DNA of 64,000 nt from a virus. The notes under the pieces are model-generated. The model was not told where the DNA came from. It saw nothing but the letters and a program-made list of their open reading frames with translations, and searched no databases. This document shows positions 30,950-40,979 of this stretch, piece by piece; positions within the stretch are counted from its first letter, which is position 1; each line of letters starts with the position of its first letter. A program made the position numbers and the translations under genes. The stretch covers positions 1-64,000 of IMG/VR virus record IMGVR_UViG_3300042868_010462, one strand, 5' to 3'.

Positions 30950-31860
30950 AAATAAAATTCTTGGGATATTGGAATAATGATTATAACATATACAATTTTA
31001 TAAATGATATTTGGAATTACGATGGTAAATATAATGAATATATCACTTATGGGGATGATTATACACATATAGTTATAATTAATAAAATTAATTATAATCT
31101 GAACTTTGATAAGGAAAAAACCTTCGGAATTATTTTAGAACCTCATTGGTCAACTAATTTTGATAACAATTTGTTTGACAAATGTAAATTTGTTCTGACT
31201 TACGAAACAGATTTTTATAAAAAAAATAATGCCATATTTTATCCATTATTAGGAACACATAGGTTATATAATTGTCAATATAAAGGTGAAATAATATACC
31301 AACCTGAAACCACTAAAACTATAATAAATTCAAACTTCCAAAAAGACAAAAAACTATCCATTATTGTTAATTATCATAGTGAAGCTAATAGTGTTAAATC
31401 TAATTATACCATAACAAGATATGTCGAAAGAGAAAATTTAGTAAAAAAACTTTTGGAAAGTGATTTGGATTTTGATATGTATGGGCAAGATTGGGACACT
31501 ATTGGAGTTAAAGATAGAAGATACAAAGGGTTTCTCTCGAACAAGTTAGATGGTATAAAAAATTATGAATATACAATTGCTTTAGAAAACTCAAGTATTA
31601 GAGGAAATATAACTGAAAAAATTATTGACCCTATTTTGTGTAAAACAATTCCAATTTATAATGGACACCCATCAATACAAGAATTTTATCCAAATTCTTG
31701 TGAGTATTTACACTATGATGGTAATGAAATAGAAAATATAAGAAAAATAATTAATTCTGAAAAAAAAGAATATAATTTTATAGAATCAATAGATTTATAT
31801 TTAAATCATTACAACCCTATTAAAATAATTAAAGAAATAATTGAAAATGACAGTATCTGA
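30946..31860 (+). CDS. GT10-like glycosyltransferase
   Basis: YEYTIALEN..ITEKIIDPILCKTIPIYNG. Confidence 0.7.
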   Translation: MKIKFLGYWNNDYNIYNFINDIWNYDGKYNEYITYGDDYTHIVIINKINYNLNFDKEKTFGIILEPHWSTNFDNNLFDKCKFVLTYETDFYKKNNAIFYPLLGTHRLYNCQYKGEIIYQPETTKTIINSNFQKDKKLSIIVNYHSEANSVKSNYTITRYVERENLVKKLLESDLDFDMYGQDWDTIGVKDRRYKGFLSNKLDGIKNYEYTIALENSSIRGNITEKIIDPILCKTIPIYNGHPSIQEFYPNSCEYLHYDGNEIENIRKIINSEKKEYNFIESIDLYLNHYNPIKIIKEIIENDSI

Positions 31861-32455
31861 AAAAATTTTTGAAACTTTATACTTTAATGATGGTTTTTTT
31901 ATTGAATGCGGGGCTAATGATGGTATCACACAAAGTAATACCTATCTTCTTGAGAAACTTAAAAATTGGAATGGTATATTAGTTGAACCCTCAAAAAATA
32001 AATTCGTTGAGTGCCAAACGAACAGAAGTACTAAAAACATTTTTTATAATTGTGCCTTGGTTTCTGATGATTTTAAAGAAGAATTTATTGAAGGTGATTT
32101 TGATGGTAATTTAATGAGTTCAATAAATGGGAGAAGGCTAAATAGAAAAAATTTGGAACTAGTACCAACATTAACCTTGAATTATATTTTAGAGAAACAT
32201 AAAATTGAAAAAATTGATTTTTTTTCTCTTGATGTTGAGGGTTATGAATTAGAAGTTCTCAAAGGTATTGATTTTAAAAAATTCAAACCTAAGTACATTT
32301 TAATCGAAATTTATAATCATCTTTTTGAACCTATAACTAATTTTTTAAAAAATGAAAATTACATTTTAGTTCAGAATGTTTCAAACTTCAACAAAAACGA
32401 TTATCCAAACTGGGATGGAAGTCATAATGATTATTTATTCAAACAAATAAATTAA
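31841..32455 (+). CDS. FkbM-family methyltransferase
   Basis: FIECGANDG..SNT..WNGILVEP..FSLDVEGYEL. Confidence 0.85.
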   Translation: MKMTVSEKIFETLYFNDGFFIECGANDGITQSNTYLLEKLKNWNGILVEPSKNKFVECQTNRSTKNIFYNCALVSDDFKEEFIEGDFDGNLMSSINGRRLNRKNLELVPTLTLNYILEKHKIEKIDFFSLDVEGYELEVLKGIDFKKFKPKYILIEIYNHLFEPITNFLKNENYILVQNVSNFNKNDYPNWDGSHNDYLFKQIN

Positions 32456-33105
32456 TGAAACTAGACAAAATTTATTTATTGAACCATAAAGATTTTGATG
32501 TCAGGAGAGATAATATTGAGTCAAAACTTAAAAGTGAAAAAATAGAATATGAGTTGGTTCAAAATTACCATCCATCTGAAATAAATTATGAGTATGATTT
32601 AGGTGATTGGAATCAACATTTTGACATTGAAATAACTCACCCCTATGGTAATTACAAAAATTTTTCCAAAAAGGTTTCTATAGGTAGTTTGAGTTTAGTT
32701 CTAAAACACAAATTTTGTTTCTTGAGTCAGTTAAAATATAATTATAAAAACATTCTTATTTTGGAAGACGATTGTGAAATACCAAACAACTTTCAAAATT
32801 TATTAGATGACGTTATGAACGAATTTGAACCACTTACCAATTTTGGTGTGGGTGTGGTTATGTTAGGTACGGCATTCAATTTTAGTTCCAAAAAAAATGA
32901 TGGGACAAAAAAAATATATTTCGATGAACTACAAAAAACTAGATGTACTCATGCGTATATTATTAATATTGAAGTGACAAAAAAAATAATTGAATATTTT
33001 TCATATTGTAATTTACCTATAGATTTCAAATTAAATGAATTGTTCGAGTTTTTTAAAATAAAAGTTGCTTGGCTAGAACCAGGATTAATTCAAGTAAAAT
33101 TTTAA
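32455..33105 (+). CDS. GT25-like glycosyltransferase
   Basis: SLVLKH, LILEDD, RCTHAYII and LPIDF. Confidence 0.7.
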   Translation: MKLDKIYLLNHKDFDVRRDNIESKLKSEKIEYELVQNYHPSEINYEYDLGDWNQHFDIEITHPYGNYKNFSKKVSIGSLSLVLKHKFCFLSQLKYNYKNILILEDDCEIPNNFQNLLDDVMNEFEPLTNFGVGVVMLGTAFNFSSKKNDGTKKIYFDELQKTRCTHAYIINIEVTKKIIEYFSYCNLPIDFKLNELFEFFKIKVAWLEPGLIQVKF

Positions 33106-33109
33106 TATT

Positions 33110-33988
33110 TTGACCATAACAATAGCCCCAATGGTACATCCAGAAGTTGCTGATGCCCCATATTTTTTAGAAATACTTTCTAATCTAAAAGATAAACTTG
33201 ATGATACATTTCATTTTATAATTTCAAGATTAAATACATCAGAAGAAATTGTACAATTTCACAATTGTATAAAAAATGACAAAAAAAATATTTTAATTTT
33301 ACTTTCAGATGAAAAAGGAATTATTCCTCCTTTTTTGGAAAAACTTTATTTAGTATTCAGAACATATAGTAACTCTAATTTAGTTGATAATAAAAAAATT
33401 TTTCCTGTACCATGTGGTTTTTCTTTTGGGTATGGTGGGTTTTTTGGTAATTCAGATTGGAAATATAAACAAACAACAAAAAAATTACTTGTTGACCGAA
33501 AGTATGATATTTTTTATTCAGGTCAATTTTCTCAAAATAGACAAGATTGTATTAACGTGTTAAACAATCTAAAAAATAACTATAATTGTATTGTAAATAT
33601 TACTGATGGATTTGCTAAAGGTTTCAAATTAGAAGAATACTATAATTTTATGTCAGATTCCAAAATCTCAATAGTACCAAATGGTTGTGTGGTGCCTGAA
33701 TCATTTAGATATTTCGAGTCGTTCGAAAACAACTGTATTGTTGTTACAACTTTCCCAAGAAACACAATATATGGTAATTGGTTTTATAATAATTCTCCAG
33801 CAATATTTTTAGAAGAATGGTCACAATTGACCAATGAATTAGTTGATACACTTCTAAGACCTGACGAACTCGAAAAATTTGATATCGTAAATCAGAAATA
33901 TTTTGAACATAATATATCTCCATTGGGGATTAGTAATTATATTTATAAACAAATTACAATTAAAGAAAATGATAGGGGTATACTTTAG
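33110..33988 (+). CDS. exostosin/GT47-like glycosyltransferase
   Basis: RKYDIFYSGQ..SKISIVPNG..ESFRYFES; start uncertain. Confidence 0.6.
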   Translation: MTITIAPMVHPEVADAPYFLEILSNLKDKLDDTFHFIISRLNTSEEIVQFHNCIKNDKKNILILLSDEKGIIPPFLEKLYLVFRTYSNSNLVDNKKIFPVPCGFSFGYGGFFGNSDWKYKQTTKKLLVDRKYDIFYSGQFSQNRQDCINVLNNLKNNYNCIVNITDGFAKGFKLEEYYNFMSDSKISIVPNGCVVPESFRYFESFENNCIVVTTFPRNTIYGNWFYNNSPAIFLEEWSQLTNELVDTLLRPDELEKFDIVNQKYFEHNISPLGISNYIYKQITIKENDRGIL

Positions 33989-34688
33989 AGGAAGATTAGG
34001 GAACAATATGTATCAATATGCTTATATTCGAAGTGTTTCAGAAAGATTAAATTTAGAATTTACTATACACGAATCACCACAAGGTAATTTTGAACAATTT
34101 GATGATATTTTTCCTCATTTAAATTACAAAAAAAATGTTGGTTCTTTTACTAAGATGTTAGAAGAAATAAACTATGACTTTAAAGAAGATTTATACAACT
34201 TAAAAGATGATACAATAACGTATGGATTTTTTCAAAATCATATGTACTCCGAAAGAGAAAAAGTTAAAAATTGGTTTAAAATCTTTTTAGACGACAATCA
34301 AGAAAAAGAATTGGAATCAATTGTAAATAATTTTAGTCCTGATGAGTATTGTTATATTAATTTTAGGGGTACAGATTTTATGGATGTTATTAGTTGGCAG
34401 ACAAACAAAGATTTTTTTGAGAGAGCAAAAAATCAAACTAAAAGAAAAAAATATTTGGTAATTACTGATGATATTGAAAACGCTAAAATCAATATTAATG
34501 CTGATGCTTATTTTAACCCAAATTTCAAAATCGCATTGAAATTGATGACTTTATCAAAAGAATTAATAATTCCCGCATGGACTTCTTTTGGTTGGTGGGG
34601 TGCGTGGTTGAGTGAAAGTGAAAAAATTTGGGCGCCTGATATAACTGACATATGTTATAATAAAAATGATATATTCACGTATATATAA
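33969..34688 (+). CDS. GT11-like fucosyltransferase
   Basis: GRLGNNMYQYA, GFFQ, NFRGTDF, ITDD and SFGWWGAWL; ATG at 33969 preferred. Confidence 0.75.
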   Translation: MIGVYFRGRLGNNMYQYAYIRSVSERLNLEFTIHESPQGNFEQFDDIFPHLNYKKNVGSFTKMLEEINYDFKEDLYNLKDDTITYGFFQNHMYSEREKVKNWFKIFLDDNQEKELESIVNNFSPDEYCYINFRGTDFMDVISWQTNKDFFERAKNQTKRKKYLVITDDIENAKININADAYFNPNFKIALKLMTLSKELIIPAWTSFGWWGAWLSESEKIWAPDITDICYNKNDIFTYI

Positions 34689-34702
34689 AAAAATTTCAAT
34701 TA

Positions 34703-35335
34703 ATGACTGATACACATTTCGAAAAATTAAAAATAAAGTTTAAAGGATATGAAACCTTAAAAGAATCCTATTCCCAAGCAGGTCAAGACCTATTCGTTTT
34801 GTGCGTGTTGGATGGGAAGAAAAATGGTAAATTTTTAGATATTGGTGCATCTTGGCCAAAATTTTATAATAATACCTTTTTATTAGAGTCCGATTATAAT
34901 TGGAGTGGGTTGTTAATTGAAATAGATAACGAGTATTGTTCTCAATATCCTTCCGATAGAAGGTCAGAATTTATCTGTGGTGATGCAACCTCATTAGATT
35001 ATGTAAATATTTTTTCAAATTTAAAAGAAGTTGATTATCTTTCTTTAGATATTGATGGTTTACCTACTTTAGATGTGCTCAAAAAATTAGATTTGGGTAC
35101 TAATCAAATTTCTGTTGTTACTTTTGAACACGACATTTATAAGTCAGATTCTTATATAAGAGACGAATCAAGAAAAATTTTTGAGTCATTTGGTTATGTT
35201 CGTTTGTGTTCAGATGTTTGTAATGGTGGAAATTCTTTTGAGGATTGGTATATAACTCAAAAAATTTACGATGAAAAACTTAAAGTTTTGGAATCGGTAA
35301 ACAATGAGTGGACTGAAATTATTTACAACAAATGA
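34703..35335 (+). CDS. FkbM-like methyltransferase
   Basis: YSQAGQD, FLDIGA, NNT..LE..WSGLLIE, DYLSLDID and FEHD. Confidence 0.72.
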   Translation: MTDTHFEKLKIKFKGYETLKESYSQAGQDLFVLCVLDGKKNGKFLDIGASWPKFYNNTFLLESDYNWSGLLIEIDNEYCSQYPSDRRSEFICGDATSLDYVNIFSNLKEVDYLSLDIDGLPTLDVLKKLDLGTNQISVVTFEHDIYKSDSYIRDESRKIFESFGYVRLCSDVCNGGNSFEDWYITQKIYDEKLKVLESVNNEWTEIIYNK

Positions 35336-36354
35336 AAATAATTTTTGAATCAAGTTTATTGTCTCAGAATGGGACTTCTGTAGCAACATTTGACTATGCA
35401 AATTATAACCAAGAAATTTTGGGTAATGAGTCAATTATTCTTACAAAATCTACAAATTATTTGAAAGAGTTACACCCAAATCTTGAGCATCACTCAGAAA
35501 CTTTTAATCTTTTTACAAAAAAATTTGATGTACACCAATATAATAATTGGTATGAAGCTGAAAAAATAATTAGCGACACAAAATGTGATATGTTATATAC
35601 CTTAAAAAGTGGTATTCAGGATGAAATTGTTTCACAAAATACAAAAACAAGTGTTCATGCTGTTTTTAGATGTTTACAACCTCATGGTACAAAAAATGCT
35701 TTTATATCTGAATGGTTGTCTGTTAATTTTTTAGGTGGTCAAATCCCATATGTACCACACATTGTAAAATTACCTGAAATTGACGAGAATCTTAGAAAAT
35801 CTCTTAATATACCAAAAGATGCAATTGTAATAGGACGACACGGTAGTAAAACTTCTTTTAATTTACCTTTTGTTTTTGATGTAATTAATAGAATTATAAA
35901 TGAAAGAACTGATTTATATTTTCTATTTCTGAATACTAATTCTTTTTGTGAAAGTTTTTCAGAAACAAGAATAAATAATCACGAACGAATTATTTTTTTA
36001 CCCGAAACATTCGATGTTTTTGAAAAAACTAAATTTATTAACACTTGTGACGCTACGATACATGCAAGAAAGAATGGTGAAAGTTTTGGTTTGGCTATTG
36101 CTGAATTCTCAATAAGAAACAAGCCGGTTATAACTTGGTCAGGTAAAGAACATCATAAATTTTATGAACATGGACATGATTTTGCCCATATTCATATGTT
36201 AGGGGATTGTGCTTATTATTACGATGATTATGACCAACTTTACAATATTCTAAAAAATTTTGAACCACAACCAAATAAAAATTGGGACGTATACTCCCAA
36301 AAATTTACTCCTCAAAAGGTTATGGAAAAATTTAAATCAGTTTTTTTAGATTGA
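35332..36354 (+). CDS. GT-B (GT4-like) glycosyltransferase
   Basis: GTSVATFDYA..IGRHG..HARKNGESFGLAIAEFS..KPVIT. Confidence 0.75.
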   Translation: MKIIFESSLLSQNGTSVATFDYANYNQEILGNESIILTKSTNYLKELHPNLEHHSETFNLFTKKFDVHQYNNWYEAEKIISDTKCDMLYTLKSGIQDEIVSQNTKTSVHAVFRCLQPHGTKNAFISEWLSVNFLGGQIPYVPHIVKLPEIDENLRKSLNIPKDAIVIGRHGSKTSFNLPFVFDVINRIINERTDLYFLFLNTNSFCESFSETRINNHERIIFLPETFDVFEKTKFINTCDATIHARKNGESFGLAIAEFSIRNKPVITWSGKEHHKFYEHGHDFAHIHMLGDCAYYYDDYDQLYNILKNFEPQPNKNWDVYSQKFTPQKVMEKFKSVFLD

Positions 36355-36390
36355 TAATTTACTAAAAATTTTGGTGCTTTATACTGAAGT

Positions 36391-37368
36391 ATGAAAAAGA
36401 AAAAAGTAGCTTTAATAACAGGTATTAATGGTCAAGATGGGTCGTATTTAGCAGAATTTCTTTTAAGTAAAAACTACGAGGTATGTGGAACTTTGAAGAG
36501 AAATTCAATTGCTGAGAATCAAACTACAAGATTAGAAAAAATTTATGATAGTATAAATTTACATTACGCAGATATGACTGATTTGTCTTCTTTGATATCA
36601 GTAATACAAATTGTACAACCCGATGAAATTTATAATTTAGCAGCACAATCTCATGTGAAAATTTCTTTCCACCAACCAATCTATACCAGTAATGTTACTG
36701 GTTTAGGTACTTTAAATTTACTAGAAGCGGTAAAACTTATTAAACCCAATACAAAAATTTATCAAGCTTCTTCTTCAGAGATGTTTGGAAATTCTATAGA
36801 TACTGATGGATTTCAAAGAGAGACAACACCAATGAATCCTGTTTCCCCTTATGGTTGTGCAAAAGTTTTTAGTTATAATATTTCTAGAAATTATAGAAAT
36901 TCCTATGGGATGTTTATTTCAAATGGTATATTGTTTAATCATGAATCACCTAGAAGGGGTACTAACTTTGTTACAAATAAAGTTTGTAAAGAAGCAGTTA
37001 AAATTAAACTTGGGTTATCTAATGAGTTAAAACTAGGAAATCTTGAAGCAACAAGAGATTGGGGACATGCTAAAGATTATGTAAGGGCTATGTGGGAAAT
37101 TTTACAATTGGATACTGCTGATGACTTTGTTTGTGCAACGGGTAATTCACATAGTGTACGAGATTTGTGTCAATATGTTTTTTCTTACTTAGGATTAAAT
37201 TATCTTGATTATGTTAAAGTTGATGAAAAGTTTCTAAGACCTGAGGAATTACATAATTTAAAAGGTGACTCATCAAAACTGAAAAATAAAACAAAGTGGA
37301 CTTATGAATATACCTTTGAGTCAATGCTTGAAGAAATGGTACAATATTGGTTGAATTATTATGAATAA
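36391..37368 (+). CDS. gmd: GDP-mannose 4,6-dehydratase
   Basis: ITGINGQDGSYLAE, YNLAAQSHV, YQASSSEMFG, SPYGCAK, NHESPRRG and RDWGHAKDY. Confidence 0.96.
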   Translation: MKKKKVALITGINGQDGSYLAEFLLSKNYEVCGTLKRNSIAENQTTRLEKIYDSINLHYADMTDLSSLISVIQIVQPDEIYNLAAQSHVKISFHQPIYTSNVTGLGTLNLLEAVKLIKPNTKIYQASSSEMFGNSIDTDGFQRETTPMNPVSPYGCAKVFSYNISRNYRNSYGMFISNGILFNHESPRRGTNFVTNKVCKEAVKIKLGLSNELKLGNLEATRDWGHAKDYVRAMWEILQLDTADDFVCATGNSHSVRDLCQYVFSYLGLNYLDYVKVDEKFLRPEELHNLKGDSSKLKNKTKWTYEYTFESMLEEMVQYWLNYYE

Positions 37369-38266
37369 TAAAATTTTAGTTACAGGAAGTAATGGTTTAG
37401 TTGGTTCAGAAATCAATGCTGATTATAGAATAGGTAAGGAGTATGATTTAAGAAAGGATTTTGATTGTAGTAGGATGTTATCTATGTATGCACCTACCCA
37501 TGTTGTAAATTGTGCAGCTAAAGTTGGTGGTATTGGTCTTAATATGGCAAAAAAAGGAGAACTTTTTTATGATAACATTATGATAAATACAAATATGATA
37601 GAAAATTGTAGAAAGTATAATGTAAAAAAACTTGTAACATTTTTATCGACTTGTATTTTTCCTGATAACATAAGTTATCCATTAACAGAAAAAAAGATAC
37701 ATTTAGGTTCACCCCATTTTTCTAATGATGCTTATGCCTATGCGAAAAGAATGGTCGACATACAAAATAGAGCATATAGAGAACAATATGGTATTGAATA
37801 TGTGTCTGTTATCCCAACAAACATTTATGGACCTAATGACAACTATTCTTTAGAAAATGGACACTTAATACCTATGTTAATACATAAAATGTTTATAGCT
37901 TCAAAAAATAAACAAGATTTTGTTGTTTGGGGTAGTGGTAAACCAATGAGAGAATTTATATATTCCAAAGATATTGCTAAATTAACTGAGTGGGTCTTAT
38001 TAAACTACAATGAGGATGAACCAATTATATTGGGTAATTCTGTAGAAGTAAGTATATTAGATATTGTGGACTTAATAGTAAAAGAGTTTAACTTTAAAGG
38101 AAAAGTTAAATTTGATAAAACTAAACCTGATGGTCAATTAAGAAAACCATCCGATAATACTAAATTGAGGACTCTTTTACCTGATTTTGTATTTACTCCA
38201 CTAGAAACGGGTTTAAAAGAAACTATAAATCATTTTATACAAAATTATGAAAGTATAAGAAAGTAA
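37361..38266 (+). CDS. fcl: GDP-L-fucose synthase
   Basis: AAKVGGI, STCIFP, YAYAKR, PTNIYGPNDN, WGSGKPMREF and KPDGQ; adjacent to gmd. Confidence 0.92.
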   Translation: MNNKILVTGSNGLVGSEINADYRIGKEYDLRKDFDCSRMLSMYAPTHVVNCAAKVGGIGLNMAKKGELFYDNIMINTNMIENCRKYNVKKLVTFLSTCIFPDNISYPLTEKKIHLGSPHFSNDAYAYAKRMVDIQNRAYREQYGIEYVSVIPTNIYGPNDNYSLENGHLIPMLIHKMFIASKNKQDFVVWGSGKPMREFIYSKDIAKLTEWVLLNYNEDEPIILGNSVEVSILDIVDLIVKEFNFKGKVKFDKTKPDGQLRKPSDNTKLRTLLPDFVFTPLETGLKETINHFIQNYESIRK

Positions 38267-38276
38267 TAAAAAAAAT

Positions 38277-39005
38277 ATGACTCAAAGAAGAAAAACGAAT
38301 CAACAACAAGAACCTGAACAAAAAAATAAAACTAAAAAGGAGATTATTTCAGAAATAATCAAAAAGAAATCTAAGGAAAAATTTTTAACTGAAAATCAAA
38401 AATTGTATTACGATTTACTTAAAAAAAATCAGATAACGATTTGTTCAGGTCCTGCGGGTGTTGGTAAATCTTACATTGCAATGAAAGCAGCTATCGACTT
38501 GTTAGCCGACCCCCAATCACCATATGAAAAAATTATTATAGTTAGACCAGCTGTTGAAGCAGAAGAAAAACTAGGTTCATTACCAGGAAATGTTGAGGAA
38601 AAATTAGACCCATATATTTTCCCATCATATTATTTGATGAATAAAATCATTGGTAAAGAAGCGAGAGAGAAACTTAAAGAAAATGATATTATTGAAGTTT
38701 TTGCTTTAGCATATATGAGAGGTATGAACATTGACAATTCACTTTTAATATTCGAGGAAGCACAAAACTCAACACCAAATCAAATGAAATTACTATTGAC
38801 AAGAATAGGATTCAATAGTAAATTTTTTATCAGTGGTGACTTAGAACAAACTGATAGATACAAAGACAAAACACATTCAGGTTTATATGATGCAATAAAA
38901 AAATTCAAGGACTTAAGTGATGTTGGTGTTTTTGAATTTGATACTCAGGATGTTGTAAGAAACCCATTAATCGGTAAAATCTTAAAAAGATACGAAGATA
39001 AATGA
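38277..39005 (+). CDS. phoH: PhoH-family ATPase
   Basis: GPAGVGKS, RPAVE..LGSLPG, LAYMRG, EEAQN, GDLEQ and VVRNPLI. Confidence 0.93.
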   Translation: MTQRRKTNQQQEPEQKNKTKKEIISEIIKKKSKEKFLTENQKLYYDLLKKNQITICSGPAGVGKSYIAMKAAIDLLADPQSPYEKIIIVRPAVEAEEKLGSLPGNVEEKLDPYIFPSYYLMNKIIGKEAREKLKENDIIEVFALAYMRGMNIDNSLLIFEEAQNSTPNQMKLLLTRIGFNSKFFISGDLEQTDRYKDKTHSGLYDAIKKFKDLSDVGVFEFDTQDVVRNPLIGKILKRYEDK

Positions 39006-39655
39006 GAGTAGCTATAGATATCAACGGTGTACTTAGAGATACTATTGGTAAGTTTAAACAATTGTATGAAAAACATTTGATTGATACACCTCAAAGTGAG
39101 TACATTAACACAACATATACAATTGACTTGTCAGGTAATACAGAAGTACAAACACTACCAGAACCATTTGAATACAAAATTTTATCCCCAGTTACAAGTT
39201 TAGATTTAAAAAAACATTTTTCATTTCAAAACGAGGAGGAATATTATTCATTTATGTATGAAGAATATTGTATGGAATTATTTGGACATTCTCCATCTAC
39301 TGAAATGTCAACATTTTATGATTTGAATGATGTTTATTATAATCTAAGAAAAAGATTTGATTTTCTTTTAATCTCAGATGAGATAGGAAAATCAAAACCC
39401 GCAACTTTATTCTTCTTGTCTAAATTTGGTTGTGAGTTAGAAAAAATTATGTTTTATTCAAACACCACAATTAATTATTTATGGGACGAATTTGACATTT
39501 TACTTACTGCAAATCCTAACTTATTATTAAATCATCCGATTGACAAAAAAGTAATCAAGTTTGAAACTGAATATAACAAGGATATAAACAAATACGACTC
39601 AATCAAAAGTTTGAAAGAGTTAGAACAATTACTCAAACAATTAATAAAATGTTAA
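39002..39655 (+). CDS. HAD-fold 5'(3')-deoxyribonucleotidase-like protein (degenerate motif I)
   Basis: MRVAIDINGVLRD (DxDG appears as DING)..YN..I.SL. Confidence 0.5.
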   Translation: MRVAIDINGVLRDTIGKFKQLYEKHLIDTPQSEYINTTYTIDLSGNTEVQTLPEPFEYKILSPVTSLDLKKHFSFQNEEEYYSFMYEEYCMELFGHSPSTEMSTFYDLNDVYYNLRKRFDFLLISDEIGKSKPATLFFLSKFGCELEKIMFYSNTTINYLWDEFDILLTANPNLLLNHPIDKKVIKFETEYNKDINKYDSIKSLKELEQLLKQLIKC

Positions 39656-39918
39656 AAATATTAGGAGAAAATTATTATTTTGATATAGATGTTATTGAAA
39701 ATTACATTAATGTCGAGCCACCTAAAGATTATAGTGGCGCACCACAAAATCATATAAGTGTAGTAAAATATGAAATGGTAAAAATGATGGTAGAAACACT
39801 TATAGTTGAAAATGAGGAAGCCGATGAAACTTTAGGGATGAAAAATAGTGATTTATCTATACCATTTAGATTAGCTTTCAATTCTTTACTATATAAAAAA
39901 TTAATAAACAAAATTTAA
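39649..39918 (+). CDS. hypothetical protein
   Basis: 89-aa coupled ORF. Confidence 0.6.
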   Translation: MLKILGENYYFDIDVIENYINVEPPKDYSGAPQNHISVVKYEMVKMMVETLIVENEEADETLGMKNSDLSIPFRLAFNSLLYKKLINKI

Positions 39919-39919
39919 T

Positions 39920-40978
39920 ATGAATTCTGAACAAATACAAAAAGTAGAACAATCAATTAAAAACTTAAAAGATAAAAATTCTAAAATTTATCTATTAGTA
40001 CAAGACACCAAAGGTAATGCAAAAGCTTCGGTAGCATACATCTATAATATGGGTTTAGCATTAATGGAAGATGGATTTAACGTCATAATGTTACACGAAA
40101 AAAATGATTACTATGGTGTAGATTCTTGGTTAGGTGAGGAATATATGAAAATACCACATACCTTTATCGAGGGTCAAAATTTAGGTGTTACCCCTGAGGA
40201 TTTCATTGTTATTCCAGAAATCTACGGATTTGTGATGGAACAAATAACTAAATTACCTTGTGGAAAAATTGTTTTAACTCAAGCATATGACCACATTTTA
40301 GAAACCTTACAACCTGGTCAATCTTGGTCACAATTAGGTTTTTATAAATGTATTACTACGTCAAATATGGTTAAAGAATATTTGGAAAATACAATGAGAG
40401 GTATTTCTTATGACGTATTAGAACCATTTATTTCTGAAAGTTTTACAAAACAAAAATTACCAAACAAACCAATCGTAGCAGTTCACACTAGAGACCAAAG
40501 AGATACCTTAAACTTAATTAAAAGTTTCTATCTAAAATTCCCACAATATAGATGGGTCACATTCAAAGATATGAGAGGACTAAGTATAGAACAATTCGCT
40601 GATGAGTTAAAAAATTGTTTCATTTCTGTTTGGGTTGATGAAACAAGTTCATATGGTACTTTTCCATTAGAAAGTATGAAAACAAATATACCTGTCATTG
40701 GATTAGCTCCAAATATAGTACCTGAATGGATGAATGAAGATAACGGACTATGGATTAATAACAAAACTCAAATGGTTGATTATTTGGCTGATTATATCCA
40801 AAATTGGTTAGAAGATAATACCAATCCAAAAATAATTACCGAGATGGAAAAAACTGTGGAAAGTTTACCAACTAAGGATAATTTCTATAAAAAGGTTAAA
40901 GAATTATTTAACGACTATGTGGAAAAAAGAGCCATAACTTTTGAAGAACAATTAAACAAATTACAAGAAGTAGAATAA
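39920..40978 (+). CDS. GT-B-like glycosyltransferase
   Basis: FIVIPE, and the C-terminal SSYGTFPLESM..PVIG donor-binding-like motif. Confidence 0.6.
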   Translation: MNSEQIQKVEQSIKNLKDKNSKIYLLVQDTKGNAKASVAYIYNMGLALMEDGFNVIMLHEKNDYYGVDSWLGEEYMKIPHTFIEGQNLGVTPEDFIVIPEIYGFVMEQITKLPCGKIVLTQAYDHILETLQPGQSWSQLGFYKCITTSNMVKEYLENTMRGISYDVLEPFISESFTKQKLPNKPIVAVHTRDQRDTLNLIKSFYLKFPQYRWVTFKDMRGLSIEQFADELKNCFISVWVDETSSYGTFPLESMKTNIPVIGLAPNIVPEWMNEDNGLWINNKTQMVDYLADYIQNWLEDNTNPKIITEMEKTVESLPTKDNFYKKVKELFNDYVEKRAITFEEQLNKLQEVE

Positions 40979-40979
40979 T

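Noticed and set aside
20915-38266. Bacterial O-antigen/capsule locus (host contamination or chromosome flank)
   Set aside because: Translationally coupled to phage dut and continuous with phoH and the sigma gene; no wzx, wzy, wzz or export genes.
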